Assembly (NCBI GenBank): GCA_965202985.1
Contig: CBDBCF010000002.1
Coordinates: 352,001 to 416,000, forward strand
From: Longimicrobiales bacterium
Lineage (GTDB): Bacteria; Gemmatimonadota; Gemmatimonadetes; Longimicrobiales; Gaopeijiaceae
DNA length: 64,000 bases
Reading direction: 5' to 3'
Under the pieces are notes generated by a model. The model was not told the DNA's origin. It did not search any database and was given only the letters and a program-made list of their open reading frames with translations. A program made the position numbers and the translations under genes. This document shows, piece after piece, positions 39,695 to 49,324 of this stretch (positions are counted from its first letter, which is position 1; the number at the start of each line of letters is the position of its first letter).

Positions 39695-42135
39695 TGGACC
39701 AACGTGGGGCGGGGCCGGCCGGCCGGCTGGCGGTGGCGGCGCTGTCGGTGGCGATCGCAGGCGCGCTGGGCGGAAGGCCCGGCGGGCTGGCGGCGCAGGC
39801 GGCCGGAGGCGACCCCCTGGTCAGGATCGACTCGGTCGTGGTTCGGGGCGCGGTCCGCTTGGCCGGCGAGGACGTGGCGGGCGTCGCCGGGCTGCTGCCG
39901 GGAACGCTCGCGAGCTGGAGCGACGTTCAGCGCGCCATCAAGAACCTCTGGGCCACGGGCCAGTACGAAGACGTCGAGGCGAAGGTGGACGAGTCCTCCG
40001 GACGCAACGTGCTGATCCTGGAAGTGGAGGAGCGGGACCTGACCCGGCTGGTTCGAATCACGGGCCTGGAGTCGCTTTCCGAGAGCGACGTGGTGGACGA
40101 GGCGGGGTTGGAGGAGAACTCTCCCCTGTCGCGGAACGCGATGGCCCGGGCCCGCAGCTACATCCGCGAGGAGCTGCGTCGCCGCGGGGTTCCCTTTGCC
40201 CGCATCGACGAGCGCTTGCAGCCGGTGCCCGGCGAAGAGGGCAGGGTGGACGTGGTCCTGGACGTGAACGAGGGACAGCGGGTCACGATTGCGAACGTGG
40301 TGTTCAACGGCAACGAGCGGTTCTCGGACGCCGATCTGCGCGGCGCCATGAACACCAAGCCCGAAGGGTTTCTCTGGTTCCGAGCAGGCGAATACGACGA
40401 CATCGACTTCGAGCTGGACCTGCTGGAGTCCCTTCCCGACAACTACCGCAAGGCGGGCTACCTGGACTTTCAGGTCCTGGGCGACACGCTGATCGTGGAC
40501 CCGACCACCGGCAAGGCCCGCATCGAGATCGACGTGGAGGAAGGCGCGCAGTACCGTCTGGCCGACTTCCGGATCGAGGGGAACAGCGCCTTCGAGACCG
40601 AGCAGCTCGAGGCCTATTTCGATGACGACTCCGGGGGTATCCTGTCCGTGCTTGGGCTTGGCGGGGACGGCGGGGAAGGGGACGGGGCGGGAAGGATCTT
40701 CGACGTGGCCGCCTTCGAGGACGCGGCCCAACGGGTGCGCGAGATGTACGGCGACGAGGGCTACCTGTACGCGCAGGTGGAGCCCTTCTGGGAGAGAACG
40801 GGGACCGAGGCCGGGGGCAGCCCGACGGTCCGCGCCGGCTGGCGGATCCAAGAGGCCGCGCGAGCGTACGTCAACCGCATCGTGATCGAGGGCAACGACT
40901 TCACCTACGACCGGATCATCCGCGAGAAGATCTTCCTCCTGCCCGGCGACGTCTACAGCCAGGCCCGCCTGCTGCAGTCCTACCAGAACATTCAGTCGCT
41001 TGGGTTCTTCGAGGCGCCGATGCCGACGCCCGAGATCCGTCCGCTGGACTCGGGCGACGTGGACATCGTCTTCAAGGTGGCGGAGAAGAACACCGGGTCG
41101 GTGCAGTTCGGCACGGCGATGGGCGGGGGCGTCGGCCTTTCGGGCTTCCTGGGCTACGACCAGCCCAATCTGTTCGGGCAAGCCAAGGCGGGGAACGTCC
41201 GCTGGGACTTCGGTCGATGGATCAACAGCTTCACCTTGGGCGTCAGCGATCCCGCCCTCTTCCAGTCCACCGTGAGCGGCTCCTTGTCGCTCTTCAACTC
41301 CACCGACCGGTTCTTCCAGTTCGCCACCGGCCGGAGACGACGCGCCGGGTTCACGACCCGATTCGGAGTGCCCTTCCCGGGCTCGCTGCGCACGCGGATC
41401 TTCTTCGGCTACTCGCTGTCCCGGACCAGCTACGAACTCTTCCGCAACGTGGACGACCAGTCCCTCTTCGGATTGCCCCCCGGCACCTTGAGCTCGTTCT
41501 CGCTGGGCGTGACCCGTCGCACCTTGAACCACCCGCTCTTTCCCACGGACGGGTCCACGCAGACCTGGAACGCCGAGTTGAACGGCGGACCGCTCGGCGG
41601 CGCGGGCAACTTCGTGAAGCACATGGTGGAAGCCCAGTGGATGATCCCGCTGGGCGGCCTGGGCGGGGACGGCCAGACCCCCGGCGGCGTCCAGTTCGCG
41701 ATGGGGGTCGGTGTTCGCGGCGGCGCACTGTTCGGCGACGCATCCCGCTTTCCGTTCGAGTCGTTCTGGATGGGCGGCGTGCAGTTCGGCGAGTCGTTGC
41801 GCGGGTACGACGAGACCTCGATCACGCCTCGCGGCTACTTCCCGGAGCGCGGCAGGGGGATCGCGCAGGTCGACCGGCTGGGAGACGCCTACTTCTCTTC
41901 CACGGCCGAGCTGAAGGCCGTGATCAACTCCAATATCGGCATCTCGGCGTTCTTCGACGCGGGCAACCTGTGGGAGGACCCGGGTCATCTCAACACGTCC
42001 AGGTTGTACCGGGGCGCCGGCTTCGGGGTGCAGCTGGTGACCCCGTTCGGGCCGATCGGTCTGGACTACGCCTACGGGTTCGACAAGACCGATCCCGGCT
42101 GGCAGCTGCACTTCAAGATGGGACCGAACTTCTAG
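39694..42135 (+). CDS. bamA: Outer membrane assembly factor BamA
   Basis: POTRA repeats, SLRGYD, TPFGPIGLDYAYG; C-terminal F. Confidence 0.93.
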   Translation: MDQRGAGPAGRLAVAALSVAIAGALGGRPGGLAAQAAGGDPLVRIDSVVVRGAVRLAGEDVAGVAGLLPGTLASWSDVQRAIKNLWATGQYEDVEAKVDESSGRNVLILEVEERDLTRLVRITGLESLSESDVVDEAGLEENSPLSRNAMARARSYIREELRRRGVPFARIDERLQPVPGEEGRVDVVLDVNEGQRVTIANVVFNGNERFSDADLRGAMNTKPEGFLWFRAGEYDDIDFELDLLESLPDNYRKAGYLDFQVLGDTLIVDPTTGKARIEIDVEEGAQYRLADFRIEGNSAFETEQLEAYFDDDSGGILSVLGLGGDGGEGDGAGRIFDVAAFEDAAQRVREMYGDEGYLYAQVEPFWERTGTEAGGSPTVRAGWRIQEAARAYVNRIVIEGNDFTYDRIIREKIFLLPGDVYSQARLLQSYQNIQSLGFFEAPMPTPEIRPLDSGDVDIVFKVAEKNTGSVQFGTAMGGGVGLSGFLGYDQPNLFGQAKAGNVRWDFGRWINSFTLGVSDPALFQSTVSGSLSLFNSTDRFFQFATGRRRRAGFTTRFGVPFPGSLRTRIFFGYSLSRTSYELFRNVDDQSLFGLPPGTLSSFSLGVTRRTLNHPLFPTDGSTQTWNAELNGGPLGGAGNFVKHMVEAQWMIPLGGLGGDGQTPGGVQFAMGVGVRGGALFGDASRFPFESFWMGGVQFGESLRGYDETSITPRGYFPERGRGIAQVDRLGDAYFSSTAELKAVINSNIGISAFFDAGNLWEDPGHLNTSRLYRGAGFGVQLVTPFGPIGLDYAYGFDKTDPGWQLHFKMGPNF

Positions 42136-42219
42136 ATGCGGACGACGAATGTATCTTTCCTTGCCGCCGATGCGTCTTCGCGGCGGCCTCGAAGCCGATT
42201 CGACCGGAGAAAAACGACC

Positions 42220-42798
42220 ATGCCCGCTTCGCGCTTGCGCGCCGCCTTCTTCCTCGCCCTTGCCGTGGCGGCCGGCGCCGCCGTTTCCGCAGAGGCCCAA
42301 CCGACCAAGGTGGGCTGGGTGGACACCGGGGTCATCCTGAGCCAGTACCCCAGGGCGCAGGAGGCCCAGAGGTCGCTGGAAGCCACCCTGCAGGGCTTCA
42401 TGGCCGAGCTTCAGCAGCTGGGCACCGACATGCAGTCCACGCTGGAGGAGTACGACCAGCAGCGCATGACCATGACGCCGGAGAACCGAAGGGCCAAGGA
42501 GGAGGAGATCACGACCCGGCAGCAGGCGATCGAGCAGCGGCGCCAGGAGCTGGACAATCAGGCTCAGCAGAGACGGGCAGAGGTGTTCCAGCCGGTCATG
42601 GAGTCGATCACCGCGGTCATCGAGGAGATTCGGGTCGAGGGCAACTACGCCATGATCTTGGACGCGGCGTCGCAGGCCATCCTCTCGGCCGATCCGTCGT
42701 TGGAGCTGACCCAGGAAGTCCTCAACCGCTTGCAGGCGGCGACGGGCTCGGGAGCGACGGGAGCTCCTGGAGCGCCGGACGGATCTTCCGGGAGGTGA
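42220..42798 (+). CDS. skp: OmpH/Skp periplasmic chaperone
   Basis: Signal peptide, KVGWVD, coiled-coil Q/E-rich body; bamA-skp-lpxD synteny. Confidence 0.85.
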   Translation: MPASRLRAAFFLALAVAAGAAVSAEAQPTKVGWVDTGVILSQYPRAQEAQRSLEATLQGFMAELQQLGTDMQSTLEEYDQQRMTMTPENRRAKEEEITTRQQAIEQRRQELDNQAQQRRAEVFQPVMESITAVIEEIRVEGNYAMILDAASQAILSADPSLELTQEVLNRLQAATGSGATGAPGAPDGSSGR

Positions 42799-42838
42799 CG
42801 AGGAGCCGCACCGGCCGACGGATCCGGCGACAGCGCGC

Positions 42839-43891
42839 GTGGCCGGCTCCTCGCCCGGTCTGACGCTGGCCGACGCGGCTCGCGCGGCGGGCGGGCGCGT
42901 GGTGGGAGATGGCGTCGCCTCGTTCCGGCGGATCTCCCCGCTTCGGGACGCCGGACCCGAGGACTTGGCGTTCTTGGCCGACCGCCGCTACGCCTCCGAG
43001 CTTCCGCGATGCCGGGGCCGCGCGCTTCTCGTGTCCGAGGTGCTCTCCGCCTTGGAGGACGGCCCGGCCGACCGCCTGGTGGTGGCCGACCCCCACGCCG
43101 CCCTGGTTGCGCTTCTGCCGCTGCTGCACACGGCGCCTGTCCCCTGCCCGGGGGTTCACCCCACGGCGGTGATCGATCCCTCCGCGTCCGTGGCCCCGAC
43201 GGCGAGCATCGGCCCGCACATCGTCGTCGGAGCCGGCGCCGAGATCGGCGACAACGCCCGCCTGGGGGCCCACTGCGTGATCGGAGCCGGCGCGGTCGTC
43301 GGCCCGGACGCCACGCTCTTCCCGAACGTCACCCTCTACGCCGGCGTGGTCCTGGGTGCGCGTGCGATCGTGCACTCGGGCACGCGGATCGGCGTGGACG
43401 GCTTCGGCTACGTCCAGTCGGCGACGGGCCACCTCAAGATCCCCCAGACGGGCGAATGCGTCGTGGAGGACGACGTGGAGATCGGGGCGAACTGCACGAT
43501 CGACCGAGGTTCGATCGGGCGCACCGTCGTGGGGGCGGGCTCGAAGCTGGACAACTTGGTTCACGTCGCGCACAACGTGGAGATCGGTCCGCGGTCGATC
43601 CTGGTGGCCCAGGTCGGCGTCTCGGGCTCCACGCGCACGGGCGAGGGCGTGTCGATGGGGGGACAAGCGGGCTTGATCGGTCACCTGAAGATCGGCGCCG
43701 GCGCGCGGATCGCGGCCCAAGCCGGGGTGATCGGCGACGTGGCCCCTGGGCAGACCGTGTCGGGCTACCCCGCCCGAGATCACAGGACCTACCTGAAGGC
43801 CATGGCCAGACTGATGCAGCTGCCGGAGCTCGCCAAGCGCCTGCAACGGCTGGAGCGTCGCGTCTCGGGCAAGGGCGGCGGCCCGTCTTGA
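42839..43891 (+). CDS. lpxD: UDP-3-O-acylglucosamine N-acyltransferase
   Basis: Hexapeptide repeats, DGFGY, TIDRG, KLDNLVHVAHNV. Confidence 0.95.
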   Translation: MAGSSPGLTLADAARAAGGRVVGDGVASFRRISPLRDAGPEDLAFLADRRYASELPRCRGRALLVSEVLSALEDGPADRLVVADPHAALVALLPLLHTAPVPCPGVHPTAVIDPSASVAPTASIGPHIVVGAGAEIGDNARLGAHCVIGAGAVVGPDATLFPNVTLYAGVVLGARAIVHSGTRIGVDGFGYVQSATGHLKIPQTGECVVEDDVEIGANCTIDRGSIGRTVVGAGSKLDNLVHVAHNVEIGPRSILVAQVGVSGSTRTGEGVSMGGQAGLIGHLKIGAGARIAAQAGVIGDVAPGQTVSGYPARDHRTYLKAMARLMQLPELAKRLQRLERRVSGKGGGPS

Positions 43892-43907
43892 CGGTTACAT
43901 TGCCCTG

Positions 43908-45191
43908 ATGGCCCACGAGAACCAGCACACCGTCGCCCGCGAGATCGAGTTGCGGGGGATCGGCGTTCACTCCGGGCGGGAGAGCGCGCTCCGCATCAAG
44001 CCCGCTCCCGAGGGGACGGGGGTCGTATTTCGGCGCACGGACCTGCCGGGGAACCCCGAAGTGCCGGCCGAGCTCGAGTACGTGACGGGCACCGACCTGG
44101 GCACCAACCTGGGCGACGGGGACGCCGAGGTCTTGACGGTCGAGCACGTCTTGGCGGCCATGGCCGCGCTGGAGGTCGACAATGCGCTGCTGGAGCTGGA
44201 CGGCCCCGAGCCGCCGATCCTGGACGGCAGCTTCGCTCCGTACGTGGACGCCGTGCGCGAGGCGGGGCGGCAGCGCCAGGACGCTTTGGCTCGCGTGATC
44301 GAGGTGGAGTCCGTGGTGGCCGTCGAGAACGGGCAGGACTCGTCCTACGTGGCCTTGCCGCACGACCAGTACCGCATTTCGGCTACGATCGACTTCGATC
44401 ACGGGGCCATCGGTCGCCAGTACGGGGCGTTCGACATCGACGGGGAACAATTCAGCGACGGCCTGGCGCAGGCCCGCACCTTCGGCTTCGTGGCGGACGC
44501 CGAAACGCTGCGCGCCCGCGGGCTGGCCCTGGGCGCCTCGTTGGACAACACGGTGGTCCTGGACGACGCCGGCGTGCTGAACGCCGAGCTTCGCTTCCCG
44601 GACGAGTTCCTGCGCCACAAGGTGGGTGACCTGGTGGGCGACCTGGCCCTGATCGGCGGTCGCTTCCGAGGGCATGTCGTGGTCGAGCGCCCCAGCCACC
44701 GGGGCAACGTGGAGCTGGCCCGCGCCCTCCGCCGCCATCGCGACAGGCAGCAGGCCAGTCGGATCGATATCCGGCGGATCATGGAGTACCTGCCGCATCG
44801 CTACCCGATGCTGCTGGTGGATCGGATCGTCGAGTTCGATCCCGGCAAGCGCATCGTCGGCCTCAAGAACGTGACGATCAACGAACCCTTCTTCGGCGGA
44901 CACTTCCCCGGACACCCCATCATGCCGGGCGTTCTGGTCGTGGAGGCCATGGGCCAGGTCGGGGGACTCCTGCTCATGGACGCCGTGGACGACCCCGAGA
45001 ACAAGGTCGTCTACTTCATGTCCATGAGCGACGTGAAGTGGCGTCGACCGGTCACCCCGGGCGACCAGGTCCTCTTCGAGCTGGAGATGCTGAACCTGCG
45101 TCGTCGCGTCTGCAAGATGAAGGGAACGGGGACGGTAGACGGGCAGGTCGTGGCGGAGGCCGAGATGACGGCCAGGATCGTGGAACGTTGA
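43908..45191 (+). CDS. lpxC/fabZ: Bifunctional LpxC/FabZ
   Basis: GIGVHSG, TVEHVLAA, HKVGDLVGD; LPHRYPMLLVDR, GHFPGHPIMPGV. Confidence 0.95.
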   Translation: MAHENQHTVAREIELRGIGVHSGRESALRIKPAPEGTGVVFRRTDLPGNPEVPAELEYVTGTDLGTNLGDGDAEVLTVEHVLAAMAALEVDNALLELDGPEPPILDGSFAPYVDAVREAGRQRQDALARVIEVESVVAVENGQDSSYVALPHDQYRISATIDFDHGAIGRQYGAFDIDGEQFSDGLAQARTFGFVADAETLRARGLALGASLDNTVVLDDAGVLNAELRFPDEFLRHKVGDLVGDLALIGGRFRGHVVVERPSHRGNVELARALRRHRDRQQASRIDIRRIMEYLPHRYPMLLVDRIVEFDPGKRIVGLKNVTINEPFFGGHFPGHPIMPGVLVVEAMGQVGGLLLMDAVDDPENKVVYFMSMSDVKWRRPVTPGDQVLFELEMLNLRRRVCKMKGTGTVDGQVVAEAEMTARIVER

Positions 45192-45991
45192 AGCGGGCGG
45201 GCGCGACGGTCGAGATCAAGGTCCACGACACGGCGGTTGTCGACCCCGAGGCCGAAATGGGGCCGGCCGTCGAGATCGGTCCCTTCGCCGTGATCGGTCC
45301 GGGGGTGAAGATCGGCGCGGGCACGCGGATTGGCCCGCGGGTGCTGGTCGAACGCGACACCGTGCTGGGGACGGGTTGCCAGGTCGCGAACGGGGCGGTG
45401 CTCGGGACGGACCCGCAGGACATGAAGTACGAGGGCGAAGATACGCACCTCGAGGTCGGCGACCGGACGGTCATTCGCGAGTTCGCGACGCTCAACCGGG
45501 GGACGGCGGCCTCGGGCCGGACCGTAGTGGGCTCGGACTGCCTGCTCATGGCCTACAGCCACATCGCGCACGACTGCGAGCTGGGAAATCACGTCGTCGT
45601 CTCCAACGCCACCAACATGGCGGGACACGTGACGATCGGGGATTGGGCGATCGTGAGCGGGTTGGTGGCGATCCACCAGTTCGTTCGGATCGGGGCCCAT
45701 TCCTTCGTCGGAGGCGGCTCCCGCGTAGCCCAAGACGTGCCGCCCTACTGTCGGGCCGTGGGCAACCCCTCGGCCAAGCTCTACGGGCTCAACGCCGTGG
45801 GCCTGGAGCGTAGAGGGATCGAGACCGGCGTGCGCCGACGCCTCAAGCGGGCGTACCGCCTGCTCTTCCACTCGGGGTTGAACCTGACGCGGGCGGTCTC
45901 CCAAGCGGAGGAGGACGGAGACTTGGATTGCCCCGAGGTCCGCTACCTCCTCGACTTCATCCGAAACAGCACGCGCGGCATCGTCTCCTGA
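45188..45991 (+). CDS. lpxA: UDP-N-acetylglucosamine acyltransferase (start uncertain)
   Basis: PQDMKY, IREFAT.NRGT, HIAHDC, HQFVRIG, GLNAVGL. Confidence 0.94.
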   Translation: MKRAGATVEIKVHDTAVVDPEAEMGPAVEIGPFAVIGPGVKIGAGTRIGPRVLVERDTVLGTGCQVANGAVLGTDPQDMKYEGEDTHLEVGDRTVIREFATLNRGTAASGRTVVGSDCLLMAYSHIAHDCELGNHVVVSNATNMAGHVTIGDWAIVSGLVAIHQFVRIGAHSFVGGGSRVAQDVPPYCRAVGNPSAKLYGLNAVGLERRGIETGVRRRLKRAYRLLFHSGLNLTRAVSQAEEDGDLDCPEVRYLLDFIRNSTRGIVS

Positions 45992-47022
45992 GCGCCGAAC
46001 GCGACCTGGCCGCCGCGAACCAGCCTCGGATCGGCGTGGCCGGCGCCGGCGCACTGGGACGCCATCACGCCCGCGTGGTCCGGGACCTGCACGGCGTGAA
46101 GGCGGCGGGCGTCTTCGACAGCGATGCCGAGCGCGGGGCCGCCGTGGGCCGGGAGCTGGGCGTTCCCGCGCACCCCACATTGGACTCCCTGCTGGAGGCC
46201 AGCGACGGTGTGGTGGTCGCCGTCCCAACCCGAGCCCACGAGTCGGTGGCCCTGGCGGCGGCCCGCGTTGGGGTTCACGTATTCGTCGAGAAGCCGCTGG
46301 CGCCGGAGCTGGAAGCCGCCGGGCGGATCGCGAACGCGGCTGCGACGGCCGGCGTCGTGCTGCAGGTGGGACACGTGGAGCGGTTCAATCCGGCCGTGAG
46401 GGCCGCCCGTCCGTACCTGGAGCGACCTCTGTTCGTGGAGTCTCACCGGCTGTCGCCGTTCAGTCCGCGCTCCTTGGACGTGGCCGTGGTGCTGGACCTG
46501 ATGATCCACGACGTGGACTTGGTGGACAGCTTGGTCGGCCGCCCCGTCGCCTCGGTGGCGGCTACGGGCGTGCCGGTGCTCTCCCGCTACCCCGACATCG
46601 CCAACGCGCGCCTGGAGTTCCAGGGGGGCGCGGTCGCCAACTTGACGGCCAGCCGCGTATCGGTGCGCAAGGTGCGCAAGCTCCGAGTCTGGCAGCGTTC
46701 CGGCTACCTTTCGCTGGACTTGGCGGCCGGCCACGGAGAGTTCTACCGACTCAAGGACGGAGCGGGCGGGCTCGAAGGTCCGCGGCTTCCCGAGGGCGTT
46801 CCGTCGCTGGCCGGGCTGTCGGCGGTGGTGGAGCGCGTGCCGCTGCGGGGAGACGGCGTCGAGCCGCTGGCGGCGGAGCTGAGTTCGTTCCGGGACGCGG
46901 TGCTGGGGCTGGCGCCGCCGCCGGTTACGGGGCAGGATGGGCGGAGGGCCTTGGAGCTGGCCCTCGCCATCGAGCACCAGATCGAGGAACATGTCGCTGA
47001 TACGCGTTCGCCGACGTCGTAA
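45988..47022 (+). CDS. Gfo/Idh/MocA oxidoreductase (GnnA-like; start uncertain)
   Basis: GAGALGRHH, VEKP, VGHVERFNPA, LDLMIHDVD, TASRVS; lies between lpxA and lpxB. Confidence 0.85.
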   Translation: MSAERDLAAANQPRIGVAGAGALGRHHARVVRDLHGVKAAGVFDSDAERGAAVGRELGVPAHPTLDSLLEASDGVVVAVPTRAHESVALAAARVGVHVFVEKPLAPELEAAGRIANAAATAGVVLQVGHVERFNPAVRAARPYLERPLFVESHRLSPFSPRSLDVAVVLDLMIHDVDLVDSLVGRPVASVAATGVPVLSRYPDIANARLEFQGGAVANLTASRVSVRKVRKLRVWQRSGYLSLDLAAGHGEFYRLKDGAGGLEGPRLPEGVPSLAGLSAVVERVPLRGDGVEPLAAELSSFRDAVLGLAPPPVTGQDGRRALELALAIEHQIEEHVADTRSPTS

Positions 47023-47125
47023 GCGGGAGTGGATCGACGCCAGAAAGGGGAAGTCCCCGGGCGCCCTGGTCGTCCTCCTGGTCGTGGTCGTCGTGGCCAT
47101 GTGGCTCCTTGGGCGGGCCTTCTGA
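46991..47125 (+). CDS. Small basic + single-TM protein (44 aa)
   Basis: GAGGA RBS before ATG; MSLIRVRRRRKREW...ALVVLLVVVVVAMWLL; overlaps both neighbours. Confidence 0.55.
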   Translation: MSLIRVRRRRKREWIDARKGKSPGALVVLLVVVVVAMWLLGRAF

Positions 47126-48311
47126 CGGGGCGGTCGCCGCACCCGGCGCCTCGTCTCCTCCGCTTCGCAACGTCTTGATCCTGGCCGGCGAGGCCTCGGG
47201 AGACGCCCACGGCGCGGCTGTGGCCCGGGAGATGCGCCGTCGCTGGCCCCGCGTGGAGATGACGGGGACGGGGGGACCCCGGATGGCCGCCGAGGGCGTG
47301 CGCCTGCTGGAAGGGCTGGAGGAGCTGGCCGTCATGGGCTTCGCCGAGGTGGCCAGGAAGCTGCGCTTCTTTCGCCGGCTGGAAGGGCGCCTCCGACGGC
47401 GCCTGGTGCGCGGCGCGACCGACCTGGTGGTGCCCGTCGACTACCCGGGCTTGAATATGCGGGTGGCCGCCGCGGCCGCCGCCCGGGGGGTGCCGGTGCT
47501 CTACTACGTGGGACCCCAGGTGTGGGCCTGGAAGCAGGGGCGGGCAAGACGGCTGGCGCGGACGGCCGATCGGATCGCCCTGATCCTGCCGTTCGAGCCC
47601 CGGTTCTACGAGGCGCACGGCGGACGCGCCGTCTTCGTCGGGCACCCCCTCCTGGACCACGACAGCGTCGTCGCGGACCCCAAGGCGCTGGCTCGACGGT
47701 TGGGCGTCGGCCCGAACTGCCGGGTCCTGGCCCTGTTTCCCGGGTCGCGGCCCCAAGAGATCGAGCGGCATCGGCAGCCGTTCGCGGCGACGGCCCGCGA
47801 GCTCGAACGGCGCGTGCCCGGGCTCCGAACCGTCGTGTGCAGGGCGCCGTCCGTGTCCGCGGACGCCTATCGGCGCTACCCGTTTCCCCTGACGCGGGAC
47901 GGCGCTTCCCTTCGGGCGCTGGCGACCGCCGGGCTGGTCAAGTCGGGCACCAGTACCCTGGAAGCGGCGCTCGCGGGGCTGCCCTTCGTGGTGGCTTACG
48001 TCACGCACCCCGCGACGTGGATGGTCGCACGACGGCTGGTCGACGTCCCCCACGTGGCCCTGGCCAATCTGGCGGCGGGCAAGCGGGTCGTCCCCGAGTT
48101 CCTCCAGTCTGAGGCGGTCCCCGGCGCCATGGCCGCGGCCCTGCAGCCGCTGCTGGACGAGTCTTCGCCGGAGCGGCGGTCCATGCTGGCCGGGCTGGCG
48201 TCGGTCCGGAAGGCGCTGGGCGAGCCGGGGGCCGCGGCGCGAGTGGTGGACTTGGCGGAAGACATCCTCCGGGAGCGCGACGAGCGGTCCCGTGCGCGAA
48301 GCCGCCCGTGA
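47109..48311 (+). CDS. lpxB: Lipid-A-disaccharide synthase
   Basis: AGEASGD, VDYPGLN, PQVWAW, VGHPL, FPGSR, SGTSTLE. Confidence 0.95.
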   Translation: MGGPSDGAVAAPGASSPPLRNVLILAGEASGDAHGAAVAREMRRRWPRVEMTGTGGPRMAAEGVRLLEGLEELAVMGFAEVARKLRFFRRLEGRLRRRLVRGATDLVVPVDYPGLNMRVAAAAAARGVPVLYYVGPQVWAWKQGRARRLARTADRIALILPFEPRFYEAHGGRAVFVGHPLLDHDSVVADPKALARRLGVGPNCRVLALFPGSRPQEIERHRQPFAATARELERRVPGLRTVVCRAPSVSADAYRRYPFPLTRDGASLRALATAGLVKSGTSTLEAALAGLPFVVAYVTHPATWMVARRLVDVPHVALANLAAGKRVVPEFLQSEAVPGAMAAALQPLLDESSPERRSMLAGLASVRKALGEPGAAARVVDLAEDILRERDERSRARSRP

Positions 48312-49324
48312 ACGGCGGCGGCCTTGGGATGCGCGTGTCCGACCTTTGGTTCGCGGAGGGTGGGCCGCGCACAGGGATGGCCGCGCTGGCACCGGCCGAG
48401 GCCGCGTTTCGCTTGGCCGCCGCCGCCCGCAACGCCTGGCACGATCGCCGCCGCCCGGCGTCCCCGCCGTTGCCGGTCGTCTCCGTGGGCAACTTGACCG
48501 TGGGCGGCACGGGGAAGACCCCGGTCGTGCGCTGGATCCGGGACTGGCTGACGGGGCAAGGCGTCCGCATCGCGGTCGTGAGCCGGGGCTACGGCGACGA
48601 CGAAGTCGCCCTCTACCGCCGCTGGTTCGGCGCGGAGTCCGTGTTCGCTGGACCGGACCGGATTGCGAGCGTGCGCTTGGCCCGAGCGGCAGGTCATCGG
48701 CTGGCGATCTTGGACGACGGATTCCAGCACCGGCGGCTGGCCCGCGACATGGACGTTCTGCTGGTGGCCGCGGAAGACCCCATGCCGGTTCGCCTTCTGC
48801 CCCGCGGTCCCTACCGGGAGCCGCTGTCCTCGGCGCGTCGGGCCGGACACGTCTTGCTGACCCGTCGGGTCGCAGCGGCCGACGGGACGCGAGCTTGGAG
48901 GCGGGCGCTGTCGCGAGAGGCGCCGGGCGTGCCCGTGACGGAGGCGAAGATGGAGATGGGAGGATGGACGGACCTGGCGGGCGAGCCGACCGCGCCTCCC
49001 GCGAGCGACGTGCTGGCGGTTTGCGCCGTCGGCCGGCCCCGGGCCTTTGCGTCGGGGCTTCGGCGCCTCCTGCCGAACTTCACCGTCGAGCTGGCCGCCT
49101 TTCGCGACCATCACGCCTACGGCCCTCGCGACGTGGCGGCCCTGCTGACCCGGAAAGCCGACCGCCGGATCGTCTGCACGTCCAAGGACGCGGTAAAGCT
49201 GGCGCGCTTCCCACAGATAATTCCGCACTGCACGGTGGTGGGGTTTCGGGTCGCGGGGCAGCCGGAGGGTCCGTTGCGGGAAGCCCTTGCCGCTCTGGCG
49301 GAGTCCGCGTGCTCGTCTCGGTAG
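48308..49324 (+). CDS. lpxK: Tetraacyldisaccharide 4'-kinase
   Basis: SVGNLTVGGTGKTP, SRGYG, LDDGFQH, LLPRGPYRE. Confidence 0.93.
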   Translation: MNGGGLGMRVSDLWFAEGGPRTGMAALAPAEAAFRLAAAARNAWHDRRRPASPPLPVVSVGNLTVGGTGKTPVVRWIRDWLTGQGVRIAVVSRGYGDDEVALYRRWFGAESVFAGPDRIASVRLARAAGHRLAILDDGFQHRRLARDMDVLLVAAEDPMPVRLLPRGPYREPLSSARRAGHVLLTRRVAAADGTRAWRRALSREAPGVPVTEAKMEMGGWTDLAGEPTAPPASDVLAVCAVGRPRAFASGLRRLLPNFTVELAAFRDHHAYGPRDVAALLTRKADRRIVCTSKDAVKLARFPQIIPHCTVVGFRVAGQPEGPLREALAALAESACSSR

